Positions 1 through 9,220 of a stretch of 64,000 bases of DNA are shown one piece after another. This stretch comes from Candidatus Versatilivorator sp. (GTDB taxonomy: Bacteria > Acidobacteriota > Terriglobia > Versatilivoradales > Versatilivoraceae), in NCBI GenBank assembly GCA_965207735.1, contig OZ242296.1, forward strand, positions 4,448,001 to 4,512,000, written 5' to 3'. The position numbers were made by a program, and so were the translations under genes. The notes beneath the pieces were generated by a model. That model did no database searches and was not told the origin of the DNA. It saw only the letters and a program-made list of their open reading frames with translations. Position 1 is the stretch's first letter, and every line of letters begins with the position of its first letter.

Positions 1-26
1 AGGGCAAGACCTGAATGAGCCGCCGT

Positions 27-1046
27 TTACATGCCGCGCCCATCCACGCTCACATATTTCCTGACTCCCTCCATCAGCGATTCGAATTCGGCGGGCAGCA
101 GTGACTGAGGTCCGTCGGAGAAGGCCTCCTCCGGCTTGGGGTGAACCTCCACCAGCAGGCCGTGGGCGCCCACGGCGACTGCAGCGTTGGAAACGGGAGC
201 AATGAGGTTGCGTTTGCCGGTGCCGTGGCTGGGGTCCACCACCACCGGCAGGTGGGAGAGTTGCTGCAGGGCCGGCACGGCCGAGATATCGAGGGTATTG
301 CGGGTGTAGGTCTCGAAGGTGCGGATACCGCGCTCACAGAGAATGACCTGGGAATTGCCCTGGGAGAGGATATATTCCGCGGACATGAGGAACTCCTTGA
401 GCGTCGACATCATGCCCCGCTTGAGCAGGACGGGCTTGCGGGTCCTGCCCAGCCGCTTCAGCAGGGCAAAGTTCTGCATGTTCCTGGCTCCGACCTGGAA
501 GATATCGGTGTATTCGTTCACCAGATCGACGTTCTCCGTATTGACGACCTCGGTAATGATTTTCAGCCCGGTTCGCTCCCGAGCCTCCGCCAGTAGCTTG
601 AGCCCTTCCTCCTCCAGGCCCTGGAAATCGTAAGGAGAGGTCCGCGGCTTATAGGCCCCGCCTCGAAGAACCTTGGCGCCGGCTGCCTTGACGCTTTCGG
701 CCGTCTGCATGAGCTGTTCCCGGTACTCGACCGAGCAGGGACCGGCCATGACTACGAACTGGTCCCCTCCGATGGTGAATCCGTCCATCCGGACAACGGT
801 ACGCTCCTGCTTCAACTCCTTGCCCACCAGCTTGAAAGGCTGCTGGATGGGAATGACCGATTCCACCCCGGGGACCGATTCCATGACCGAGATGACCCGG
901 TCCTTGTCTTTTCCGTCGCCGACGGCTCCGATGACCACTCGTTCCGCACCCTGGATGGGATGGGCTGCATAGCCGAAACTCTTTATCTTGTCGCACACGT
1001 AATCCACCTGTTGGCTGGTAGCCTGACGGATCATGGAAATGATCAT
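27..1046 (-). CDS. aroF: 3-deoxy-7-phosphoheptulonate (DAHP) synthase, type I-beta, with N-terminal regulatory domain
   Basis: Motifs [40 protein letters not shown]. Start moved to MIISM at 1046, preceded by AAGGAG. Confidence 0.95.
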   Translation of the reverse strand: MIISMIRQATSQQVDYVCDKIKSFGYAAHPIQGAERVVIGAVGDGKDKDRVISVMESVPGVESVIPIQQPFKLVGKELKQERTVVRMDGFTIGGDQFVVMAGPCSVEYREQLMQTAESVKAAGAKVLRGGAYKPRTSPYDFQGLEEEGLKLLAEARERTGLKIITEVVNTENVDLVNEYTDIFQVGARNMQNFALLKRLGRTRKPVLLKRGMMSTLKEFLMSAEYILSQGNSQVILCERGIRTFETYTRNTLDISAVPALQQLSHLPVVVDPSHGTGKRNLIAPVSNAAVAVGAHGLLVEVHPKPEEAFSDGPQSLLPAEFESLMEGVRKYVSVDGRGM

Positions 1047-1064
1047 GAGACACTCCTTAACCGC

Positions 1065-1091
1065 AAAAAAGCCCGCCGGGGAGGCGGGCTT
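1065..1091 (-). terminator. Intrinsic terminator of the aroF attenuator
   Basis: Minus strand AAGCCCGCC-TCCCC-GGCGGGC-TTTTTT, ending about 19 nt before the aroF start. Confidence 0.85.
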
Positions 1092-1123
1092 GAATTCATT
1101 CCAAGGATCATCCTCAGCTCGAT

Positions 1124-1237
1124 TCAATCCGCCCGCCTGCCCCAAAAATACCAGGACAGGCTGCTAAAGGAACCGAATCTGGAATAAGGCCGATTCTGGC
1201 GCGGCGCCGGTCGGCGGACTTCACAACGCGACCGCAT
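1124..1237 (-). CDS. Aromatic amino acid attenuator leader peptide (37 aa)
   Basis: Manual translation [37 protein letters not shown]; WYFW cluster followed by AGGCGGGC, complementary to the terminator 5' arm. Absent from the ORF track. Confidence 0.8.
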   Translation of the reverse strand: MRSRCEVRRPAPRQNRPYSRFGSFSSLSWYFWGRRAD

Positions 1238-2262
1238 TGTCAGTTTCGATATGCAAGTTTGCGAAGACACGGACAAACCTCAAGATAACTTCACCGACCC
1301 TAACCTGCAAAGCCATCATAGTCCATCCACGGGCATTGTCAATACGAAATGGGATTCGCAGCTTGTCTGAAACAAACGACAAAAGACAAAGAAAAAGACT
1401 TGTCCACGAAGGAGCACGAAGAACGACGAAGGGGCACTAAGGGGCTGAGGTTGGCCGCGACGGGATACCAAGGTCGCGAAGGGATTGTCGATTTCTGATT
1501 GTTTCACCCTCGGATGATCTGCCCGGCAGGGCAGGGGCCCGGCTTGCCTGAAACAACCGACAAACGACAAAAGATAAAAGACTTATCCACCAAGGGGCAC
1601 GAAGAACGACGAAGGGGCACTAAGGGGCTGAGGTTGGTCGCGACGGGGTACCAATGTTCGCGAAGGGTTGGTCGATTTCCGATTGTTTCACTCTATGTAT
1701 GATCCGCACACCAGGGCGGGGGCCCGGCTTGCCTGAAACAACCGACAAGAGACAAAAGAAAAAGACTTATCCACGAAGACACACGAAGGACAACGAAGGA
1801 CACAAGGGACAAAGAGGATTTGTCCGCGAAGAAGCAACAAGGACCGCGGCCGAGCCAGTGGGGGGCTTCCGACCCCATCGTGATTTAAGGAGATCATTAA
1901 CATCGATGCACAGGATTCACAGGATTCTTCAGGAAACGGCTGGCTTCTACTGCCGGGAATCCGCAAATCCGCACCGGATCATCGCCCGAGTTGGCTTCTG
2001 GTGCAGGAAGCTCTCGTCCTGTTAATCCTGTGCATCCTGTGCATCCATGTTCAATTCTTAGTCCTTCTCGATTGATCTTCCCCGTGGCGGGCCTTGGCCG
2101 TGCCCAACGCCCCGATTCCCAGTCAGCGTCCCGTGCAGCGGCCTCTGGTCCTATTAATCCTGTCTCTTTCCAAAACGCAAACAGCTGGCTGTTTCTCCTC
2201 TGAATGATCCGCACGGCAGGGCGGGGGCCCGGCTTGTCTGAAACAACCGACAAAAGACAAAG

Positions 2263-3749
2263 GAGCCTTTTGCAAAATTCGGAATCGGGCATGACATTGG
2301 GCTGGCAACAGTGATGTTCCGGCGGTGACTACCCAGCTGCAAAGACCCTTTTGAAGGAAAAAGCCCGAATCTGATGGCCGGATGGCCAGCGGTCGCCGGA
2401 CGCAGGCACAGCTTACCCTCTCCCGGCCTTGAGGCGGGCGAACCTGCTGTGCGGTTGGGGGTGGCAACCCGGTCTTCAGAGCGTCAGGCGCATCAACTGA
2501 TCCACCGTCAGGGCCAGAATGCCGAACATCAGGTGGCACCTCACCTTGTCGGGGCCGCGAACCCTCACCTGCCTCCCGCCAAACTCCTCCTTGAGCCGTC
2601 CGTTGACCCGCTCCACCGTCGAGCGTTCCCGGTAGCGCCGCGCCTCGGGAGTCACTTGGCCGATACAGCGCCGGGCCAGTGCCTCCCGCTTCCGCTCGGC
2701 TTTCAAGGTAGCTCTTCGGCGGGGGTTGACGTCAATAATCGGCACATGCCCCAGCTTCTCACTGAAGGCCCGGATCTCCGGCGCATCGTAGGCGCTGTCC
2801 ATCAAGTCGTAGAGACTCTCGACCCGCCTTGCCGTCAGCGTCGCCAGCGGAATGGCTGCCTGAGAGTCATGCACCGAGGCCGAGGTCAGCAGACAACTGA
2901 CCGGAATCCCGCCGTCAATGGCGTCGAGGTGTAGCTTGTAGCCGGTCCAGCTCTCCTGATGCCCCTTGGCGTTGCGCTTGACGCCGATGTCGCAGGCCTT
3001 GGGCAACTCCTTCAACATTTCCTCCAGCGTCATCGACCCCTGCCGCTCCAGCCGGCTCAACCGCTTGGGCCGTCGCTCGCCCTTCGGCGGCCGGCCCCGC
3101 CGGCGTTTCCGCTTGGCCTCCGGCGCAGCCTTGGCCGCTGGCTTTTCCCGTCCCGCAATCGCCGTCGAGTCCCTCGACACATGCCCCGCCAAGTGGCCCT
3201 TCAGCGTCTCCTCCAGCAATGCCTCGTGCAAACGCCCCGGCAGGTCGCTCTCAGCGAATTCCGCAAAGGCCCGCGAGAAGGTCGACTCGCTCGGTACCTC
3301 CCACGCCCTCTCCCAGCCGCACAGCCGCCGCAGCCTCCCCTCACTCCTCAGCCGCTCCACCAATCCCCGCGTGGTCGCCACCTCCAGCATCGACTTCGCC
3401 AGATAGGCTCGCGCCAGCACTGCCCGATCCTCCAGCGGCCGGCCACGCCAGCCCCGACTGTAAGGCAGCAACTCCTCCACCCGCACCAACTCCAATACCT
3501 GCACCAGCCGCTGGTAACGCTCTCCCAGAGGCCCCAAAACTTCCTCCAGCAGGGGAAACAGCTCTCGTTGAAACCGGAACCAGTGTCGTGATAGGGTTTC
3601 CCTAAGGGGCAAGTTCCACCTCCGTTCATCATGTGGTTCAGACACCTTCATGATACAACAGACAGTGGTCTTGCCCCTCCTTCCACCTGCCCTCCTTGAT
3701 CTTTCCCCACGTGAAAATTCCCGCTATCTGCGAATTTTGCAAAAGGCTC
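2263..3749 (-). mobile_element. IS element (IS4/IS5/IS1182-like) inserted into a repeat unit
   Basis: Terminal inverted repeats GAGCCTTTTGCAAAATTCG / CGAATTTTGCAAAAGGCTC; AAAG duplicated at 2259-2262 and 3750-3753; removing it restores the repeat unit. Confidence 0.9.
2476..3612 (-). CDS. DDE transposase
   Basis: RDSTAI, GYKLHL, SVHDS, MDSAYD, YRERSTVERVNGRLK motifs. Likely TTG start at 3612 after GGAGG; the ORF track starts at 3651. Confidence 0.9.
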   Translation of the reverse strand: MPLRETLSRHWFRFQRELFPLLEEVLGPLGERYQRLVQVLELVRVEELLPYSRGWRGRPLEDRAVLARAYLAKSMLEVATTRGLVERLRSEGRLRRLCGWERAWEVPSESTFSRAFAEFAESDLPGRLHEALLEETLKGHLAGHVSRDSTAIAGREKPAAKAAPEAKRKRRRGRPPKGERRPKRLSRLERQGSMTLEEMLKELPKACDIGVKRNAKGHQESWTGYKLHLDAIDGGIPVSCLLTSASVHDSQAAIPLATLTARRVESLYDLMDSAYDAPEIRAFSEKLGHVPIIDVNPRRRATLKAERKREALARRCIGQVTPEARRYRERSTVERVNGRLKEEFGGRQVRVRGPDKVRCHLMFGILALTVDQLMRLTL

Positions 3750-4400
3750 AAAGAAAAAGACTTTTCCACGAAGGGGCACGAAGAACGACGAAGGGGCACT
3801 AAGGCGCTGAGGTGAATTGCAACGGGGTACCAAGTTCGCGAAGGGATGATCGATTTCTGATTGTTTCACTCTATGTATGATCCGCACACCAGGGCGGGGG
3901 CGGGACTTGCCTGAAACAAACGAAAAAAGACAAAAGAAAACGAGTTATCCACGAAGGGACACGAATGAACACCAATTGACGGATTGATGAGGTGTTGATT
4001 GGGGGGTGTGACCACCGATATTGAGGGGTTATCTAACACGGACACGAAGTCATTCCAAGGTGACAAAGTTGCAGAAGCATTATGATGCCGCTTGTCGCTT
4101 GAGTGAGTCCACCTGGATTCGTGTGTATTCGTGTCCATTGGTGGTTCGACTTCATTGAGTGATCGCCCGTTTTTCCTCAAATGAACCGCACGACAGGGCG
4201 TGGGCAGGACCGATTGGGATTCGCGGGATTCGGGTGGTGTCGCCCTGAGGCGCCACTGCAGTCCGTCCCTCCAGTCCCCGGAATCCATGCTACCATTTTC
4301 CCCTGGCGACCCCGTCCGTTGCCCAAGAAGTGAATCGGCGGCGGCCGCCGATTCTCCTTCCAACACCCGTTCGACCCGGAGGTTGGTCAGACCGCCCACC

Positions 4401-5333
4401 ATGACAGCCAGGATCATCGACGGCAAGAGGATCGGACAGGAAATCAAAGAGGAAGTGCGCCTTGAAGTGGCGCACCTGAAAGACAGGGGGGTGGTTCCCG
4501 GCCTGGCGGCCGTGCTGGTGGGCAACCACCCGGCCTCGCGCGTCTACGTCAGGAACAAGATCAAGGCCTGCCAATCGCTGGGTGTGTACAGCGAACTGGT
4601 GGCCTTGCCTGAGGAAACCACTACGGCCCAACTCCTTGAATGCGTCTCCGATCTGAACCGGCGAAGCTCGATCCACGGCATCCTGGTTCAATTGCCGCTG
4701 CCGGGCCAGGTAGACGAGCAAGCCGTGCTGCCGGCCATCGACCCCGCCAAGGACGTGGATGGCCTGCATCCCATGAATGCCGGAGCGCTGGCTTTGGGCC
4801 GGGAGGGCTTGCGGCCCTGCACCCCGAGCGGGGTCATGGAGGCCCTTCGCCGGGAAAGGGTTCCCCTCCGGGGCGCCCGCGCCGTGGTGATCGGGCGCAG
4901 CAACCTGGTGGGCAAGCCATTGGGCCTGCTCCTGTTGCAACAGCACGCCACGGTCACCTTCTGCCACTCCCGAACCCACGACCTGGCAGCGGTCGCCAGA
5001 TCCGCGGACATTCTGGTGGCCGCCGTGGGAAGACCGGCCATGGTGACGGCCGATTTCGTCAAGCCCGGAGCCGTGGTCATCGATGTCGGAATCAACCGGG
5101 TCGAGGGGCCCGGACTGGAAAAGCTGCTCGCGGAGGACCCTTCGCTGCAGCCTCGATACGAACGCAATCGCAGCAAAGGGATCCACTCGATCCTGGTGGG
5201 CGATGCCCAGTGGTCAAGCGTCTCCCGAGTGGCCTCTGCCGCCACCCCCGTTCCCGGCGGGGTCGGTCCGCTGACCATTGCGCTTCTGATGAAGAACACG
5301 GTTCAAGCGGCTCGTGTTCTGTCTCGGAAATAG
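4401..5333 (+). CDS. folD: Bifunctional methylenetetrahydrofolate dehydrogenase/cyclohydrolase
   Basis: MTARIIDGK, YVRNK, GILVQLPLP, KDVDGLHP, PCTP, GRSNLVGKP, TPVPGGVGPLT. Confidence 0.97.
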   Translation: MTARIIDGKRIGQEIKEEVRLEVAHLKDRGVVPGLAAVLVGNHPASRVYVRNKIKACQSLGVYSELVALPEETTTAQLLECVSDLNRRSSIHGILVQLPLPGQVDEQAVLPAIDPAKDVDGLHPMNAGALALGREGLRPCTPSGVMEALRRERVPLRGARAVVIGRSNLVGKPLGLLLLQQHATVTFCHSRTHDLAAVARSADILVAAVGRPAMVTADFVKPGAVVIDVGINRVEGPGLEKLLAEDPSLQPRYERNRSKGIHSILVGDAQWSSVSRVASAATPVPGGVGPLTIALLMKNTVQAARVLSRK

Positions 5334-5354
5334 AAACTTGGACAGCCCTGAGCT

Positions 5355-5966
5355 ATGCTTAGAGTAGGCTTGACGGGGGGCATCGCCTCCGGGAAGTCAA
5401 CGGTCTGCAACTGGCTTGCGGAGCGCGGTTTCAACGTGATCGACGCGGACCGGGTGGCCCATGGCCTGATTCGGAAAGGGCAACCCTGTTTCGATCCGGT
5501 GGTAGCCGTCTTCGGGACCCGGATTCTGGATGCGGGTGGAGAAATCGACCGAAACCGGCTGGGCGAGGTGGTCTTCAACGACCCAGCCCGACTGCAGGAG
5601 TTGAATGCTCTGGTGCATCCGGACGTCATCCGGAATATTCTGGAACAACTGGACCGGCTGGAACGGTCCCATCCGCCGTCGAAGGTGGTGGTGGACGCCT
5701 CGCTGATGATCGAGTCGGGATTCCACAAACAGTTCAAACACTTGATTGTGGTCAGTTGCGGCATCGACCAGCAGGCGGAGCGCCTGATGGCGAGAAACCG
5801 GTTCTCCCGAGCCCAAGCCCTGCAACGCATCGGGCTGCAGTGGCCCTTGCAGACCAAGCTGCCCCTGGCAACGGTCGTGATCGACAATTCGGGAACGCTC
5901 GAGCAGACCCGGCATCAGGTGGACCGGCTGCTGGAGACCCTGGAGGCGGAAAAGGCGAAATGCTGA
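5355..5966 (+). CDS. coaE: Dephospho-CoA kinase
   Basis: VGLTGGIASGKSTV P-loop, IDAD, LNALVHP. Confidence 0.95.
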   Translation: MLRVGLTGGIASGKSTVCNWLAERGFNVIDADRVAHGLIRKGQPCFDPVVAVFGTRILDAGGEIDRNRLGEVVFNDPARLQELNALVHPDVIRNILEQLDRLERSHPPSKVVVDASLMIESGFHKQFKHLIVVSCGIDQQAERLMARNRFSRAQALQRIGLQWPLQTKLPLATVVIDNSGTLEQTRHQVDRLLETLEAEKAKC

Positions 5967-7948
5967 CCCGTTTCACCATTCGATGGGGCTGGATCTGTGG
6001 ACTCTTCCTCTGCCTGGCCCTGGCTCAGCCGCTCCTTCCGGCCCAGGGCAGCCGCCGGGTCGTCAGTCTCGAGGCCTTTCCCTCCGTGGATGGGGTGCGG
6101 TCCGGAGACGCCTTGCAAATAGCCATTGTGCTGACCATTCAGCCGGGTTATCACATCAACGCCCACGTCCCCTCCCTGGACTATCTGATTCCCACCCGGT
6201 TGGCCTTCGACTCCTCCGGCGCCGTCCGGATGGCCGAGCCGCAATACCCCCAATCCATTCGTCGCACCTTCGAGTTCGCCCCCGGACAGCCGCTGGACGT
6301 GTACGAGGGCCGGGTCATCATTGCCGCCGCGGGAGAAGTTGCCCAAATCGATAGCGCCGCCTCGATTCCGGTACGCGGCAAGGTAACCGTCCAGGCCTGC
6401 AGCCACAACCAGTGCCTGGCTCCGGTCAACCTTCCCTTCTCCATCTCCCTCGAGGTGCTCGAGGCCGGGGGCGCTCCCAAACCGATCAACCAGGAACTGT
6501 TTCGATCGTCGCAGCCCTCGCCCGAGACGGCCGGCTCGGAGTCGGAGCCGGCGACGCTGCAGGAATTCGCCGGCGCTCGGCGAGAGGATAGGCTGTCTGA
6601 AACCATCGCTAGCCAAGGCCTGTTGGTCACCCTTGGGCTGGTGTTTCTGGCAGGATTGGCCCTGAACACCACGCCCTGCGTCTACCCCATCATTCCCATC
6701 ACCATCGGGTTCTTCTCGAACCAGACCGAGGGACGGCTGAGCCGCACCTTTCTGATGGCCGCCGCCTACGTCCTGGGCATGGCGGTCACCTACTCCGCCT
6801 TGGGTGTGGCAGCCTCCCTGACCCAGGGGATTTTTGGGGCGGCGCTCCAGCACCCCCTGGTCCTGCTGGGGCTGGCGGGTCTCATGGTGGCGATGGCTTT
6901 TTCGATGTTCGGACTCTATGAATTCCGCCTGCCGGTCAGCTTGAATCGACTTGTCCCCCAGAGTTCCCAGGGAAACCTGGGAGCGCTGATGATGGGGCTC
7001 ACCATGGGCATCGTGGCGGCACCCTGCATCGGGCCATTCGTGATCGGGTTGCTGGTTCACGTCAGCAACAAGGGAGAACCGGCCTATGGATTTTTCATGT
7101 TTTTCGTCCTGGCGCTGGGCCTGGGACTTCCCTACCTGGTGCTGGGGACCTTCTCAGGCGCTCTGAAGAAGCTTCCCCGCTCCGGACAATGGATGGAGAC
7201 CGTGCGGCGCTTCTTTGGCCTGGTTCTGCTGGGCATGGCTCTCTACTTCCTGAACCCGCTGATGGGCCACTACGGCGCCTGGGCATTGGTGGCTTTCTTG
7301 GCGGCTTCGGCAGCCTACCTGATTCTGGTGGAGGCCCGGCGCGCCGCCTCCCGGGTCTTTGCCGGGCTGTTGGTCTGTCTGGGAGCGGGGCTGGGGCTGG
7401 CGGCGGTGCTGCTGGCTCCGGGCCAACCCAAGGAGGGCATTGTCTGGGCAACCTACTCGGAAGAGGCGTTGGCTCAGGCTCGCCAGCAGGGGAAGTCGGT
7501 GATGATCGACGCCTATGCCGACTGGTGCCTCCCCTGCAAGGAGCTGGACACGTTTACCTTCACCGATCCCGCGGTGCGGAGCGCCGCCGAGGAATTGGTG
7601 AGGCTCAAGCTCGACCTGACCCTGATTGAATCGGGCTCGGATGCCGAGCGCGCCCGGGGGCGTTTCGGCATCCTGGGGGTGCCGACGATCCTCTTCCTGG
7701 ATTCCTCGGGCCGGGAGCGCACCGATCTGCGCCTGGAAGGATTTGAACCGCCGGCGCGGTTCCTGACCCGGATCCAACGGATCGAGGCCTCCTCCAATTC
7801 CAGCCGGGACACTCGTTCCCCGCTCCGAGAAGAACCGGAACCGGGGGTGTCTCGGGCTGAAGCTTGTGCGCCCGAGCGGGAGGCAAATACAATGGCAGCA
7901 ACAATGATTAGTCGAACCGTACCGGGGTCTTACTGGGAGAGCCGATGA
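5960..7948 (+). CDS. dsbD: Thiol:disulfide interchange protein DsbD-like (N-terminal DsbC-type domain, CcdA-type TM domain, thioredoxin)
   Basis: Signal peptide, QACSHNQC, TPCVYPIIP, APCIGP, ADWCLPCK. Start overlaps the coaE stop region. Confidence 0.88.
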   Translation: MLTRFTIRWGWICGLFLCLALAQPLLPAQGSRRVVSLEAFPSVDGVRSGDALQIAIVLTIQPGYHINAHVPSLDYLIPTRLAFDSSGAVRMAEPQYPQSIRRTFEFAPGQPLDVYEGRVIIAAAGEVAQIDSAASIPVRGKVTVQACSHNQCLAPVNLPFSISLEVLEAGGAPKPINQELFRSSQPSPETAGSESEPATLQEFAGARREDRLSETIASQGLLVTLGLVFLAGLALNTTPCVYPIIPITIGFFSNQTEGRLSRTFLMAAAYVLGMAVTYSALGVAASLTQGIFGAALQHPLVLLGLAGLMVAMAFSMFGLYEFRLPVSLNRLVPQSSQGNLGALMMGLTMGIVAAPCIGPFVIGLLVHVSNKGEPAYGFFMFFVLALGLGLPYLVLGTFSGALKKLPRSGQWMETVRRFFGLVLLGMALYFLNPLMGHYGAWALVAFLAASAAYLILVEARRAASRVFAGLLVCLGAGLGLAAVLLAPGQPKEGIVWATYSEEALAQARQQGKSVMIDAYADWCLPCKELDTFTFTDPAVRSAAEELVRLKLDLTLIESGSDAERARGRFGILGVPTILFLDSSGRERTDLRLEGFEPPARFLTRIQRIEASSNSSRDTRSPLREEPEPGVSRAEACAPEREANTMAATMISRTVPGSYWESR

Positions 7949-8493
7949 ACCCGTTTCGTAACCTGGCCCAGAGGAGCCGCTTGCTTGCCGTCACCCTCTG
8001 CCTTCTGCACGGGTTGTCCTGGTCCTGTGTTTCCCCGACCACGAACGGACCCGGGGATTCGGGAGCCCGGAAGGTATCGAGCTTGCCTGATTTCTCACTG
8101 ACCACCCTGACCGGGGAAACCGTAAAATCGCAAGACTATGATCAGAAGATCCTGGTGGTGAACTTCTGGGCCACCTGGTGCACACCCTGCGTCTACGAGA
8201 TTCCGCACTTGAACGACCTCTACAGGGACTTTCGTTCCAAGGGGGTGGAGGTCCTGGGCATCTCCATGGATTCGGCCGACCCCGAACACGTCCTGCGATT
8301 CACCCGGCAACACCGCATTAAATATCCGGTCGTGGTGGGAGCCCCCTCGGTGGGAGACGATTTCGGAGGCGTCCGGGCCATTCCGACCACCTTCATCGTG
8401 GATCAGCAGGGAGAGATCGTCAAAAGGTACGACGGCTATCGGCCCGCCTATATGAAGGATACCCGACGCACCATCGAGGAACTCCTGGGGTAG
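7945..8493 (+). CDS. TlpA/ResA-family thiol-disulfide oxidoreductase
   Basis: VNFWATWCTPC, IPTTFIVD; ATGA overlap with dsbD. Confidence 0.9.
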   Translation: MNPFRNLAQRSRLLAVTLCLLHGLSWSCVSPTTNGPGDSGARKVSSLPDFSLTTLTGETVKSQDYDQKILVVNFWATWCTPCVYEIPHLNDLYRDFRSKGVEVLGISMDSADPEHVLRFTRQHRIKYPVVVGAPSVGDDFGGVRAIPTTFIVDQQGEIVKRYDGYRPAYMKDTRRTIEELLG

Positions 8494-8509
8494 CAGAGGC
8501 CATTTTGCG

Positions 8510-9093
8510 CTTGCCTGAAACACCTGAAACAAACGAAAAAAGACAAAAGAAAAAGAGCTATCCACGAAGGGACACGAAGAACGACGAAGGGCCACTAAGG
8601 CGTTGAGGTTCACCGCGACGGGATGCCAAGGTCGCGAAAAGACGGGTCGATTTCTGATTGTTTCCCTCCCGTATGATCCGCCCGGCAGGGCGGGGGCCTC
8701 GCTTGCCTGAAACAAACGGCGCGCCTAGTAGCGGGAAACCGGTTCAAATTCAAGCATGAGTTGAGGGTTTATTGACATGGATGGACAGGATGCACAGGAT
8801 TATTGGGCGAAAGCTTCCACCGTCTTGCGCTCAACCATCGCCCCGGTTTCAACCAGGATTCCAAATCCCGCTCCCGAGCTCCTGGAACCCCTCGAAGACG
8901 GACCCGATCATTGAGCGAGTCCGCTCGCTGTGCGGCAGCGTCTCGCCCTGATTATCCTGTGCATCCTGTCCATCCATGTTCAATAATCCGTGAATCCGGA
9001 TTCACGGGACAGAGTCCTTGCGCCCGATAGGCCATGAAGATTTGTTGTTTCATTCTCGTATGATCCGCCCCGCCGTCGGGGGCGGGGGCGGAA
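8510..9093 (-). repeat. Two tandem IS110-ended non-autonomous elements (8510-8701 standard; 8702-9093 with cargo)
   Basis: Same left and right end motifs as the other arrays; minus-strand flank TTCAGGTAAG resembles the right-end TTCAGGCAAG. Confidence 0.85.
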
Positions 9094-9220
9094 CTTACCT
9101 GAACTCCACCCCTGGTTCGAAAATTCCGGACCTGACCGGTGGCGTTCCAGGGCATCCCGGGTTGAGGGGGTCTCGGCCGAACCGACAGCGGGTAAACCCC
9201 AGCCCGCATCTCTCAACACC

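Larger units (their letters stand above)
1362..4210 (-). repeat. Tandem array of five non-autonomous IS110-ended elements (units ~1362-1542, 1543-1727, 1728-2232, 2233-3905 IS-interrupted, 3906-~4210)
   Basis: On the minus strand each unit runs CCCCGCCC..GCGGATCAT..GAGTGAAACA ... TGTTTCAG(G/A)CAAG, the same ends as the IS110 element at 25148-26832. The left end of the last unit is degenerate. Confidence 0.85.

Noticed and set aside
1047-1145. N-terminal extension of AroF
   Set aside because: Overlaps the attenuator; the RBS supports 1046.
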